Shown: piece after piece, positions 16,587 through 24,892 of the stretch
Numbering within the stretch: the first letter of the stretch is position 1
Layout of the letters: every line of letters begins with the position of its first letter
IMG/VR virus record: IMGVR_UViG_3300032050_008231
Coordinates: 1-26,009 of that record
Length of the DNA stretch: 26,009 bases
Direction: 5' to 3' (one strand)
Origin: a virus
Lineage: Duplodnaviria; Caudoviricetes
Position numbers and translations under genes: made by a program
The notes under the pieces: model-generated
Told to the model about the DNA's origin: nothing
Database searches by the model: none
What the model saw: the letters and a program-made list of their open reading frames with translations, nothing else

Positions 16587-18350
16587 ATGAAAAAAATAAA
16601 AATATTCAGTTCGAATTGTCTTAGCATATGGTCTCAGAAAATCTGCTATGTGTCCCCTATTAACTGGATGCTGAAGCTTCATCACGTAAAATTTTCAGCT
16701 TCTAAGGACGAATATCAATGGACTGATCCTTATTTTTTAGTCAGCCCGGAAGAATTCGATCTAGAAAAAACATACAATATGTTGTTGGAAGAAGAGATAG
16801 ATGTAGTTGCATTTAGTGTCTATATATGGAATAAAAAAGAATTTTTTGAGATGGCAGAATTCTTTAAAAAGAAAAATCCTAATCTTACGATTATTGTCGG
16901 CGGTCCGGAATTAGATGCGCATAGAGATAAAGAATTTTTTAGAAAATATGATTTTATTGATTGGGTAATATACGGAGAAGCTGAGATAGCCTTTTCGAGA
17001 CTACTAGATCATTTAGCTGGTCATGAAGTAAATCTGTTAAACGTGATTTCAAAACAGGGATTTATTAGTGAACACGAGCCGGTGAATAAGAAAGACGATA
17101 TTTTAAAATATAGTATATACATTGAATTTGAAAATGAAATTACAAAATTTTTAAAGGGATTGAGAGACAGAGGTGTTTTTTATGCCCTATGCTGGGAAAC
17201 AACAAAAGGTTGCCCATTCTTATGTTCTTTCTGCGATTGGAGTTCAGGTCTCCATCATAAGGTAAGAATTTGGGGTAAAGATGAGTTAATTCCGAATTGG
17301 AAAAAAGAGTTAAATCTATTCAGTAAAATAGGAGTTCCTAGTATATACTGGACAAATCCTAATGTAGGTTTAACACCCCAAGATACAGAAATAGTAGACT
17401 ATATTTGTGATTTAAAACAATCAAAAAAACACACACCTATTTTTATAAGCACACAATTTTCTAAGACAAAGAAAGAACATTCTTATTCTCTGTTGGATAA
17501 GATGTTAACCTATCAGGTTACCGCAGGCTTAAAATTTGATCTTCAAGACTTAGATCCTGTTGTATTAGATCTTATTGATCGTCCTGAAATAGAATGGGAA
17601 TATCATAAAACATTGATTAAAAACATCTTGGACAAACACAGCAAAGTGAAGGTTTGGGGAGAAAGAACTAATCCTGTTTGGTGTAATTTTATTTGGGGAA
17701 TGCCTGGTCAAACATTATCTCACATCAGAAAGAACATGATAGAAAGCGGTTCATTAGGAATGTTTCCTACGCATCATATATTTGAACTATTACCAAATTC
17801 TCCTGCGGCCGAACCTGCATATCAAGAAAAATATCAAATGAAGATTAAAAGAGTTTATTTGAATGTGGCAGATGGTGTAGATATGCATCCAGGTCCTATT
17901 TCTAGTCATTGGGCTAATGCTGTTGTAGAAAATTTTACTCTATCAAACAAAGATTGGTTTACTGGAGTATTTCTTTTCAACCTATACGGTGCGTTGACTG
18001 ATTACAATGGAGTACAATCAGACCATAGACAAGCTGGGCTAGGAAATGAAGAAAATTACTTTGATAACAGTCTGGTAATTTTAAATAAAGTTATAAACGA
18101 CAGTTATATTCATTTTCTTGAAACAGATAGGATTGAAGTTTTCTTTAAAGATCGAGCATATGGATTTCAAAATTGGGTAGGGTCTCGACGTCATTTTTTA
18201 AATGACCTGTTTGGTAATGACGAAGACAAATTGTTTAACATCAGGGTGTCACTAGATATTCCGCCCGATATACAGGACAATTTTCAGCACACAACAAAAT
18301 ACGGGCTTACACCAGAAAATCTGCAAAATTTTGTACTAGAAAAATCCTAG
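16587..18350 (+). CDS. B12-binding-domain radical SAM protein
   Basis: DVVAFSVYIWN, IIVGGPE, IYGEAE; ETTKGCPFLCSFCDW; FIWGMPGQT. Confidence 0.88.
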   Translation: MKKIKIFSSNCLSIWSQKICYVSPINWMLKLHHVKFSASKDEYQWTDPYFLVSPEEFDLEKTYNMLLEEEIDVVAFSVYIWNKKEFFEMAEFFKKKNPNLTIIVGGPELDAHRDKEFFRKYDFIDWVIYGEAEIAFSRLLDHLAGHEVNLLNVISKQGFISEHEPVNKKDDILKYSIYIEFENEITKFLKGLRDRGVFYALCWETTKGCPFLCSFCDWSSGLHHKVRIWGKDELIPNWKKELNLFSKIGVPSIYWTNPNVGLTPQDTEIVDYICDLKQSKKHTPIFISTQFSKTKKEHSYSLLDKMLTYQVTAGLKFDLQDLDPVVLDLIDRPEIEWEYHKTLIKNILDKHSKVKVWGERTNPVWCNFIWGMPGQTLSHIRKNMIESGSLGMFPTHHIFELLPNSPAAEPAYQEKYQMKIKRVYLNVADGVDMHPGPISSHWANAVVENFTLSNKDWFTGVFLFNLYGALTDYNGVQSDHRQAGLGNEENYFDNSLVILNKVINDSYIHFLETDRIEVFFKDRAYGFQNWVGSRRHFLNDLFGNDEDKLFNIRVSLDIPPDIQDNFQHTTKYGLTPENLQNFVLEKS

Positions 18351-18407
18351 TAAATCCATACAAATCAACGTTGACACAAAAAAGATAAATACTGTACGGG
18401 GACAAAT

Positions 18408-19250
18408 ATGCTAGCTTTTCAAAGATCAATATATCAAGTACAGTTGAAAAATAAACTCGAATTTTGGAGTGATCCTCAAAATAGGAAATCCTATTTTGCA
18501 AACTTACCTACGAATGCTAATATTAAAGATTTTGGGATTTTTAGAGATGAAAATGGTTACATCTACGTCAGAGACGATTTTGTTGCATACTACAATTTAA
18601 GAAATGGATTAATTGTAAGAATTAGAAAAGACTGGTTTAAAAATGATTGGTCTTGCTATCAAGAATTATATAATAAATCTCAAGAACTAAAAACATTTAG
18701 AATTGATATTCCTAAATATAGAGAAGAATTGTCAATGTTCGATGGGTCTGTCTGGGAATATTCAGAACTACAATCACCAGGAAGTAATTATGGCCTCAGC
18801 GTTCTTGATACAATATTTGATAACGGAATTACACATTCTGAGGGAGTATACCTTCCGGAGGAAGTAGTATCGGGAAGTATCGAAGATCTAGTTGGATATA
18901 TTTCACAATATGCAACTACTGACACAAAGGATAACACAAAAAAATTCTTTGTAGATTATATAGATAATTTTTTAATTCTATTAAAAGAATCATCTGCAAT
19001 TGCAGAAAAATACAAATGTGGGTTGCCTTTGAATTTAGGTGATCCGTCTATGATGTACGAAGATCCACAAGGATATTTTTGGTCCGATGTAGATAAAATG
19101 CCTTGGATGTATAGCAAATTAGAAATCGTATCCAATGCTCATCAGATATTACACAACTCATTAAACTATCTAAGTTTATTGGGACACATTGATAAAGAAA
19201 GAATCGATCAATGTTTAGATTATGCGAGAACACAATGGACAACGATCTAA
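18408..19250 (+). CDS. hypothetical protein
   Basis: 280 aa ORF preceded by TAAATA (18386-18391); no secure motif. Confidence 0.7.
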   Translation: MLAFQRSIYQVQLKNKLEFWSDPQNRKSYFANLPTNANIKDFGIFRDENGYIYVRDDFVAYYNLRNGLIVRIRKDWFKNDWSCYQELYNKSQELKTFRIDIPKYREELSMFDGSVWEYSELQSPGSNYGLSVLDTIFDNGITHSEGVYLPEEVVSGSIEDLVGYISQYATTDTKDNTKKFFVDYIDNFLILLKESSAIAEKYKCGLPLNLGDPSMMYEDPQGYFWSDVDKMPWMYSKLEIVSNAHQILHNSLNYLSLLGHIDKERIDQCLDYARTQWTTI

Positions 19251-19471
19251 ATCATTTTTTTTACAAAATTAAGATATCTGAGAATGGTAAAGAAATACAT
19301 ACTTTAGTTTCTCCTAAATCGGGTTTACTTGAACTAGTTCTCAAATTGATCAATTTGAAAGATAGTTACACAGTAAGAATTTATGATCATGAAGAAAAAT
19401 TAAGAATGGATTTTTCTTTGTTTGACAGAATTTCTGCTAACCCTAGCACTGTCGCTCCTGAACTATATTAA
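19235..19471 (+). CDS. small hypothetical protein
   Basis: Fills the gap to the convergent gene; start re-called at in-frame MDNDLN (19235). Confidence 0.55.
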   Translation: MDNDLNHFFYKIKISENGKEIHTLVSPKSGLLELVLKLINLKDSYTVRIYDHEEKLRMDFSLFDRISANPSTVAPELY

Positions 19472-20148
19472 CCCATATCTGTATAATAGACCCGGCCAAA
19501 ACATCCGTAGTTTATTGCCATTAATATTCTATCTTCTTTAGAAGTATTTTCTCTACTAAAGTGTTTCATCCAACCCGGAAACATAACTAATCTACCATTT
19601 TTTACTTCGACTTCGTGATGAAATCTTTTCGGTGTGCCTTTTACTTTATTATAAGGCGCTCTAGACAGCACTAACTCCGAAGGATCTTCAAGCACTAGAT
19701 TTCCTTTCTCTTCAGCATCTACATAAAATGCAGCGGATATGGGTATTCCGGCATGATTGTGCGAAGCTGTAAAGCCACCTGGTCCTTGATACAGTCCCCA
19801 CATCTGTAATATATATGGGTGCAAGAGTTTATTATAACCTAATTCTTCCCAATACATTTTACATTGTTCGTTCATCCAATCGTGCAACTTTCTTAGATCT
19901 GGGTTTTTAATATTGTCGGGGCTATCAGGGTTGTCGAAATTAATTACGTCGTACATAATTCCGTACTCACCTCCTCTACAGGGATGATCATGCACCCTAT
20001 CATAAATGTCAACTTTATCAGAATCCATCTGAATATCTATTCCTAGATATTTTTTTATTTCTAACTTAATAGATTCTTGTATATCTCCAAAATCGGGATA
20101 ATCTGCTACACAAATAGTATGAGGGAAAATTTGTTGATAATTGATCAT
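19468..20148 (-). CDS. putative 2OG-Fe(II) oxygenase (TIGR02466-like)
   Basis: IFPH, QMW...SHNH...AFYV...GRLVMFPGWMKH...RILMAIN. Confidence 0.85.
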   Translation of the reverse strand: MINYQQIFPHTICVADYPDFGDIQESIKLEIKKYLGIDIQMDSDKVDIYDRVHDHPCRGGEYGIMYDVINFDNPDSPDNIKNPDLRKLHDWMNEQCKMYWEELGYNKLLHPYILQMWGLYQGPGGFTASHNHAGIPISAAFYVDAEEKGNLVLEDPSELVLSRAPYNKVKGTPKRFHHEVEVKNGRLVMFPGWMKHFSRENTSKEDRILMAINYGCFGRVYYTDMG

Positions 20149-20157
20149 TTTAATTCC

Positions 20158-20790
20158 TTAATATGGTTTAGATTTATATGTCCAGGATAATCCATAATTA
20201 AATCCCAAAACTATCCTATTAGTTGTTGATCGATTTGATCTAACGTGATGCATAAGATATCCAGGAAACATTACAATTTTACCTGCTTCTACTTGAATTT
20301 CTTCCGTATAAACATAAGGTTTTTTTTGCCAGTTGTAAGGAAGTCTTTCCTTTACCATATGTGTTGGATCTTCTAGATGTATATTTCCTTTTAATGGATC
20401 AGCATCGAGATACATAACTCCTCCTATCGCAATAGGAGTATGATTATGAGAAGCAGTGAATCCTCCAGGAGGTACATCGTTAGCCCATAATTGAAGAATG
20501 TAAGGTTCCTCTTGTGTAGTAAGATCAAGAGAATCCCAATATGCTTTTCCGTGAAAATCTAATACTTCTAATACATCTTTAAATTCTGGTCGTAGGTGGA
20601 GATTAGGCAAAGTTCTTTTAAAGATGTCGTTGCCATCTTTATCGAAGTAATCATTTCCCGGAGCTAGGTTATTTTCAAAACTGGCTAATGCTCTGTCTAT
20701 TAAAGATTGTTGTACATTTTCGAAGTTGTCATACTGAGCTTCGTAAATTAGTGTAGGAAATATTGATCTAACAATACCTTTTTTATACAT
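20158..20790 (-). CDS. putative 2OG-Fe(II) oxygenase (TIGR02466-like)
   Basis: IFPT, LWAN...SHNH...VMYL...GKIVMFPGYLMH...RIVLGFN; start re-called at MYKKG (20790). Confidence 0.85.
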   Translation of the reverse strand: MYKKGIVRSIFPTLIYEAQYDNFENVQQSLIDRALASFENNLAPGNDYFDKDGNDIFKRTLPNLHLRPEFKDVLEVLDFHGKAYWDSLDLTTQEEPYILQLWANDVPPGGFTASHNHTPIAIGGVMYLDADPLKGNIHLEDPTHMVKERLPYNWQKKPYVYTEEIQVEAGKIVMFPGYLMHHVRSNRSTTNRIVLGFNYGLSWTYKSKPY

Positions 20791-21538
20791 TGTCTTTCCT
20801 TGTCCAGACGCATCTATAACCCAATGTGTCATCTTGATTATCGTCTATCCATTTTACCACAGTATTTTCGTATCTATGCATTTTAGGATTCGATTTAAAC
20901 TCGTCGCTGATTTCTTCTACGATATTTTTATCTTTAAGTTTTCTAATATCAACTATCAGTTTTCCGTTCGGCTTCAGACGCTGTTTAATCCTATCCCAAT
21001 AAACATCTTTAGGATAGTGCATACACCAAGAAAAATAAGATGTAACACAATCAACTTCTTCAGGCCATTCGTCCTGGGGATCTAGCATAGTTATTTTTTC
21101 TTTAATACCCGGAGTTGACTCTAGACAATCAATTGTTGGTACCCAAGAATTATAGAAAAAATAATTTTCTGAAAAATATACACCTGGTCTGTTATTTAAT
21201 TCTTGCCTGTCAACTAGAAATATTTTTGGGTCTTTTAAAAATTTCGCTAGTAATAAATCCATAATCCCGATACCAGAACCTATGTCAACTATTACAGCAG
21301 AATCAGGCAAGTCAAAACCTCCTAATGATTCTGTTAGGGACCAAAGATTTTGATAAAATTTAGGAAATACTTCGAAAAAAACTTGTTTAGAAAAAGGACG
21401 ATTTTGCCCAAATAGTCCGGATTGAAGAGTAGTATATTTTGCAAGTTCTTCTACATCGGTCCATTTTAAATCTAAGGGTCCCCTATTCGAATTGATCGTT
21501 AATTCGTAAAAGTTCCAGTCGTTGGAGAACTTATCCAT
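20783..21538 (-). CDS. class I SAM-dependent methyltransferase (tandem paralog)
   Basis: IVDIGSGIG, FLVD, SYFSWCMHYP, LKPNGKL. Confidence 0.85.
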   Translation of the reverse strand: MDKFSNDWNFYELTINSNRGPLDLKWTDVEELAKYTTLQSGLFGQNRPFSKQVFFEVFPKFYQNLWSLTESLGGFDLPDSAVIVDIGSGIGIMDLLLAKFLKDPKIFLVDRQELNNRPGVYFSENYFFYNSWVPTIDCLESTPGIKEKITMLDPQDEWPEEVDCVTSYFSWCMHYPKDVYWDRIKQRLKPNGKLIVDIRKLKDKNIVEEISDEFKSNPKMHRYENTVVKWIDDNQDDTLGYRCVWTRKDNV

Positions 21539-22298
21539 TCCTGGTCCACATAAATCTTCCTCCGACTGGTATTCCTTTTTCGGGAGCAGGAAGATTGTCG
21601 ATGTGTTCTGGTAATTTTATATCGAACCAATGAGCCACAGGCTCTGATTTCATATCTTCAGAAATTTCAGCAACTACATCTCTACCGGGCAAAGTACGTA
21701 CATCCATTATTAACTTTCCGCCAATTTTAAGATTGGCCATGACTTGTTCCCAATATGTTTCTTTTGGGTAGTGCCAGCCCCAAGAAAGATATGAAGTTAT
21801 ACAATCTACATTTTCGGGAAATTTTTCTTCCGGCGATTGCATTACAAATCTTGAAGGATCTAGACCTGTTGCATTGATGCAATCTTTAACTGGCTCCCAG
21901 GAATTATATTCGGGATACTCTTTGTCGTAATACACGCCTTTTCTAAAATTAAAACCCTGCTTGTCTATAAGATAAAATTTACTCTGAGGTAGGTACAAGG
22001 ATAATAACAGATCGATTACAGCTACTCCTGACCCTATGTCAACAATGACAGAGTCGTTTGGTAAATTAAAAAGACCTTGTTTATATCTAGCATTCCAAAA
22101 TAATTGATACCATCTAGGAAAATGTTCGTAAAACGTTTGCAGAGAATTCTTATCTTGTAGATAAAGCCCTGCCTGAATGTTAGACCATAGTGCTAAATTA
22201 TTAGCGTCGTTCCATTTTAAAGTTAACACTCCTCTGTCTGTATCTATTTTTAGAGAATACTTATTCCAATCTTCCGTAAAATCAGTTAATGCGGGCAT
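21531..22298 (-). CDS. class I SAM-dependent methyltransferase (tandem paralog)
   Basis: IVDIGSGVA, YLID, SYLSWGWHYP, LKIGGKL. Confidence 0.85.
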   Translation of the reverse strand: MPALTDFTEDWNKYSLKIDTDRGVLTLKWNDANNLALWSNIQAGLYLQDKNSLQTFYEHFPRWYQLFWNARYKQGLFNLPNDSVIVDIGSGVAVIDLLLSLYLPQSKFYLIDKQGFNFRKGVYYDKEYPEYNSWEPVKDCINATGLDPSRFVMQSPEEKFPENVDCITSYLSWGWHYPKETYWEQVMANLKIGGKLIMDVRTLPGRDVVAEISEDMKSEPVAHWFDIKLPEHIDNLPAPEKGIPVGGRFMWTRNG

Positions 22299-23014
22299 GA
22301 TAAATCCTTTAGGATATTTATAGAAGAAGGAAGAACGCTAAGAAAAAATTGATAAACATCATCACCGAAGGCGCGAGCATCATGAACAACGCTCGTGTCT
22401 ATAAGATAAATTCTGCCCGACTCTATATTATTAAATTTCACAAGGGTGCCTGATCCGTTATCATATCTTAGGTCTAGACTCTCTGCATTTGTCGTGCCCC
22501 AGAGTCGTAGCCACGGGCTAGGAATAACTGTGTCAATATGAGGTTTAAATTCTGATCCGTTGTGCCATTTTAAAATATTTGATCTACACCAATGATGATT
22601 GAAAACTTTTAAAGGAGACAGCGATTCTATTTTTAAAACTTCAGTTGGAATGACACAATCAGATTCTATAATAGGATTGTTAGGATTCTTAAAATTCCAT
22701 TCATACAACGATCCGTTTATAGGATCATTTTTCTTTAGAATACCATCTTGATTAACGACAGCTAGCCCAAACCTAGGAAGATGATTATGCTGAGAACCCC
22801 ATCGTTCAAAATACTCAGAAAATCGTGTTACTTCATTGATGAATAAATCACAGTCAATCTTAAGATCGATCGGTGTTAAAAAATTTTTATGCAGAGTTTT
22901 ATATTCATCTTCGTAGATGTACGATTTGATTTTTTTAAATTTTTCTTTTTGTTTGTTAGATTGATTAAAAACTTGAATCGTATCGTTTATTATTTTTTCT
23001 TTGTCGATTAGCAT
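22286..23014 (-). CDS. Fe(II)/2OG-type (double-stranded beta-helix) oxygenase-like protein
   Basis: FKPHID...GRIYLIDTSVVHDA (HxD...H). Confidence 0.6.
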   Translation of the reverse strand: MLIDKEKIINDTIQVFNQSNKQKEKFKKIKSYIYEDEYKTLHKNFLTPIDLKIDCDLFINEVTRFSEYFERWGSQHNHLPRFGLAVVNQDGILKKNDPINGSLYEWNFKNPNNPIIESDCVIPTEVLKIESLSPLKVFNHHWCRSNILKWHNGSEFKPHIDTVIPSPWLRLWGTTNAESLDLRYDNGSGTLVKFNNIESGRIYLIDTSVVHDARAFGDDVYQFFLSVLPSSINILKDLSCPH

Positions 23015-23472
23015 AGTATGTATTTTTGTATCCGATTAGCTACTTGTTCAAAACTTTCTTCAAAAATGGAAATTTTTAACATAATTCTTTCGTGTTGATT
23101 GTTAACTACTCTATGAGGAACTGTAGTATCTAGTAGAACAGATTCGTAAAAATATTCTTTATTACCAAATATTATCGGACTTGCATTTTCTGTTAAGACA
23201 AAATTTAGACTGCATAGTGTACCGTTATCTACGTGCTCAGGTATTACTGCATATGGCTTTAGATAATAAAATCTAGGCCTGCCTTTTACTTTAAAGTCTT
23301 GGATGATATTTTCTATGTATTCAGTCGTTCCACGACCAATCAACCAATTATCTAATTTTAATTCTGGATATCTAGAATCTGTGTATGATACTGCTTGATT
23401 TCGAAATAATTCGGCTTCTTCTAATAATCGTTTTTTATCTACAGTATAGTTTAAATGAATTAACGTGTCCAT
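23008..23472 (-). CDS. Fe(II)/2OG-type oxygenase-like protein
   Basis: PRFY...IPEHVD...LDTTVPHRV...ERIMLK; start re-called at MDTLIH (23472) since the longer ORF crosses a terminator. Confidence 0.65.
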   Translation of the reverse strand: MDTLIHLNYTVDKKRLLEEAELFRNQAVSYTDSRYPELKLDNWLIGRGTTEYIENIIQDFKVKGRPRFYYLKPYAVIPEHVDNGTLCSLNFVLTENASPIIFGNKEYFYESVLLDTTVPHRVVNNQHERIMLKISIFEESFEQVANRIQKYILC

Positions 23473-23477
23473 AGCTG

Positions 23478-23483
23478 TATTTA
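23478..23483 (-). promoter_or_regulatory. putative late promoter (TAAATA)
   Basis: Minus strand TTTAAATA-CAGCT-ATG, just downstream of a terminator. Confidence 0.5.
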
Positions 23484-23503
23484 AATGTATAGAAATTTTA
23501 GTC

Positions 23504-23532
23504 AAAAAAATAGGCCCCAAAGGGCCTATTTT
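23504..23532 (-). terminator. rho-independent terminator
   Basis: Minus strand AAAATAGGCCC-TTTG-GGGCCTATTTTTTT directly at the phosphoesterase stop. Confidence 0.85.
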
Positions 23533-24136
23533 ACATTGTAGGTCCGTTGCCGTTCCTAAAGCCAACACTTCCACCTTCTGCTTCGATACGCTTGATTACG
23601 TCTTCGAATAAGATAGGAGCGAAGTCTGGGGTTTGTTCTACGCACACACAATGATACCTAGTGTCGATCTCATCGCTGTATAACACTTCCCCTGTTCTAG
23701 CATCTACACCACGAGCTTTTTTCACACGATTTGCGTGTAAATGTCCGTGTATGTTTACACCAAAACGACCTAAACTTGCTTCGTGTACTGGAATATGACT
23801 CAATATCATACCGTTCATAACGTGGTATGCACGTAACTCACGAAAGTATTCAGCGTACTCAGTATCACGAAAGATATCGTGGTTACCACGAATCAAGACC
23901 TTGTCTCCGTTTAATCTTGCTAATGTTTTCATAGCCTTACGGTTAATGACAACATCGCCTAAGTGGTAGACCTTATCGGTAGGCTTGACTCTTTCGTTCC
24001 AAGCCTTGACCATAGCTTCGTCCATTTCGTCTGGATCTGTCCAGGGACGCAACTTTGTAACTCCATCATCTCGAGTGAAACGGCACACGCCAGCGTGGCC
24101 GAAGTGCGTATCACTGACTAAAAATACGCTAGGCAT
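23531..24136 (-). CDS. calcineurin-like metallophosphoesterase (phage type)
   Basis: SDTHFGH, HLGD, GNHD, LSH, HGHLH; SD GAAAGGAG. Confidence 0.93.
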   Translation of the reverse strand: MPSVFLVSDTHFGHAGVCRFTRDDGVTKLRPWTDPDEMDEAMVKAWNERVKPTDKVYHLGDVVINRKAMKTLARLNGDKVLIRGNHDIFRDTEYAEYFRELRAYHVMNGMILSHIPVHEASLGRFGVNIHGHLHANRVKKARGVDARTGEVLYSDEIDTRYHCVCVEQTPDFAPILFEDVIKRIEAEGGSVGFRNGNGPTM

Positions 24137-24164
24137 AGTGCTCTCCTTTCTAAGTTAATGTGTT

Positions 24165-24193
24165 ATTATACTACGGTGTACTCAAAATGTCAA
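24165..24193 (-). promoter_or_regulatory. sigma70 consensus promoter
   Basis: Perfect TTGACA-N17-TATAAT on the minus strand upstream of the phosphoesterase. Confidence 0.85.
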
Positions 24194-24473
24194 CTACACG
24201 ATCCTTTTGATGTTGCTGAAAAGCCACACCTTTACTGAGCCATTCTTTAACTAGCGTAGAATTACCCCAACTACCGTATGGAGCATTGTCAAGTAGCCAT
24301 TGGACAGTGCCGGGTAACATTTTTTTATTCCATGGATCTGCGTATAATACAGCACCGACTAGATCATTGGACAATACCGCCATACCAAAACTACCAGGTT
24401 CGAAACCATAATCAAAATATCGCTGGAATGCTTCTTGCATATCTACAGTCATTTCGTATTCTTCGCCCATCAT
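24171..24473 (-). CDS. hypothetical phage protein
   Basis: 100 aa ORF with SD AAGGA; PGSFGMAVLSNDL...GSWG segment, function unknown. Confidence 0.7.
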   Translation of the reverse strand: MMGEEYEMTVDMQEAFQRYFDYGFEPGSFGMAVLSNDLVGAVLYADPWNKKMLPGTVQWLLDNAPYGSWGNSTLVKEWLSKGVAFQQHQKDRVVDILSTP

Positions 24474-24484
24474 TTATCCTTTTT

Positions 24485-24892
24485 TTATGCTATTGCTCTG
24501 CGAAAAATTAATTCTTGTTTTGAAAATGCTTCTACTTCCCAAGGACAGTTTAGATACTTTGTCCTTTTATTATAGCATTTACCATTCCAATAATTTACAC
24601 CTTTTTCGGTTTTAAGAATTCCTCTAGCTAACTGTTTAACATGAACCATTTCGTGAGCTAGTGTAATTCCCATACGTTCTAAAGATTGAGGCTTTATTAT
24701 AACGATAAGACCACCTACTTGTCTAATGTAAGTAGTTTGACCATCAGTATCTTCGTCTACATCACTTCTACTAACCTTTACAAATAGAGCTTTGCGACTC
24801 TTTGTTAGGCCTAATTGTTTTATCATTGAAGGTAATATTCCTTCAATGAATTGTTTAGTTCTTTTATTTCGTGCGTGAACTAGATACTGCAT
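24485..24892 (-). CDS. HExxH zinc-metallopeptidase-like phage protein
   Basis: TLAHEMVHVKQ...PWEVEA. Confidence 0.75.
   Translation of the reverse strand: MQYLVHARNKRTKQFIEGILPSMIKQLGLTKSRKALFVKVSRSDVDEDTDGQTTYIRQVGGLIVIIKPQSLERMGITLAHEMVHVKQLARGILKTEKGVNYWNGKCYNKRTKYLNCPWEVEAFSKQELIFRRAIA

Noticed and set aside
16525-16590. 21-codon ORF MIDRRTKIIL... ending at the B12 radical SAM start, considered as a RiPP precursor
   Set aside because: No SD, spans the TATAAATA box, no precursor-like composition.
18371-18399. TTGACA upstream of the 280 aa ORF as a sigma70 promoter
   Set aside because: No acceptable -10 hexamer at 16-18 nt spacing.
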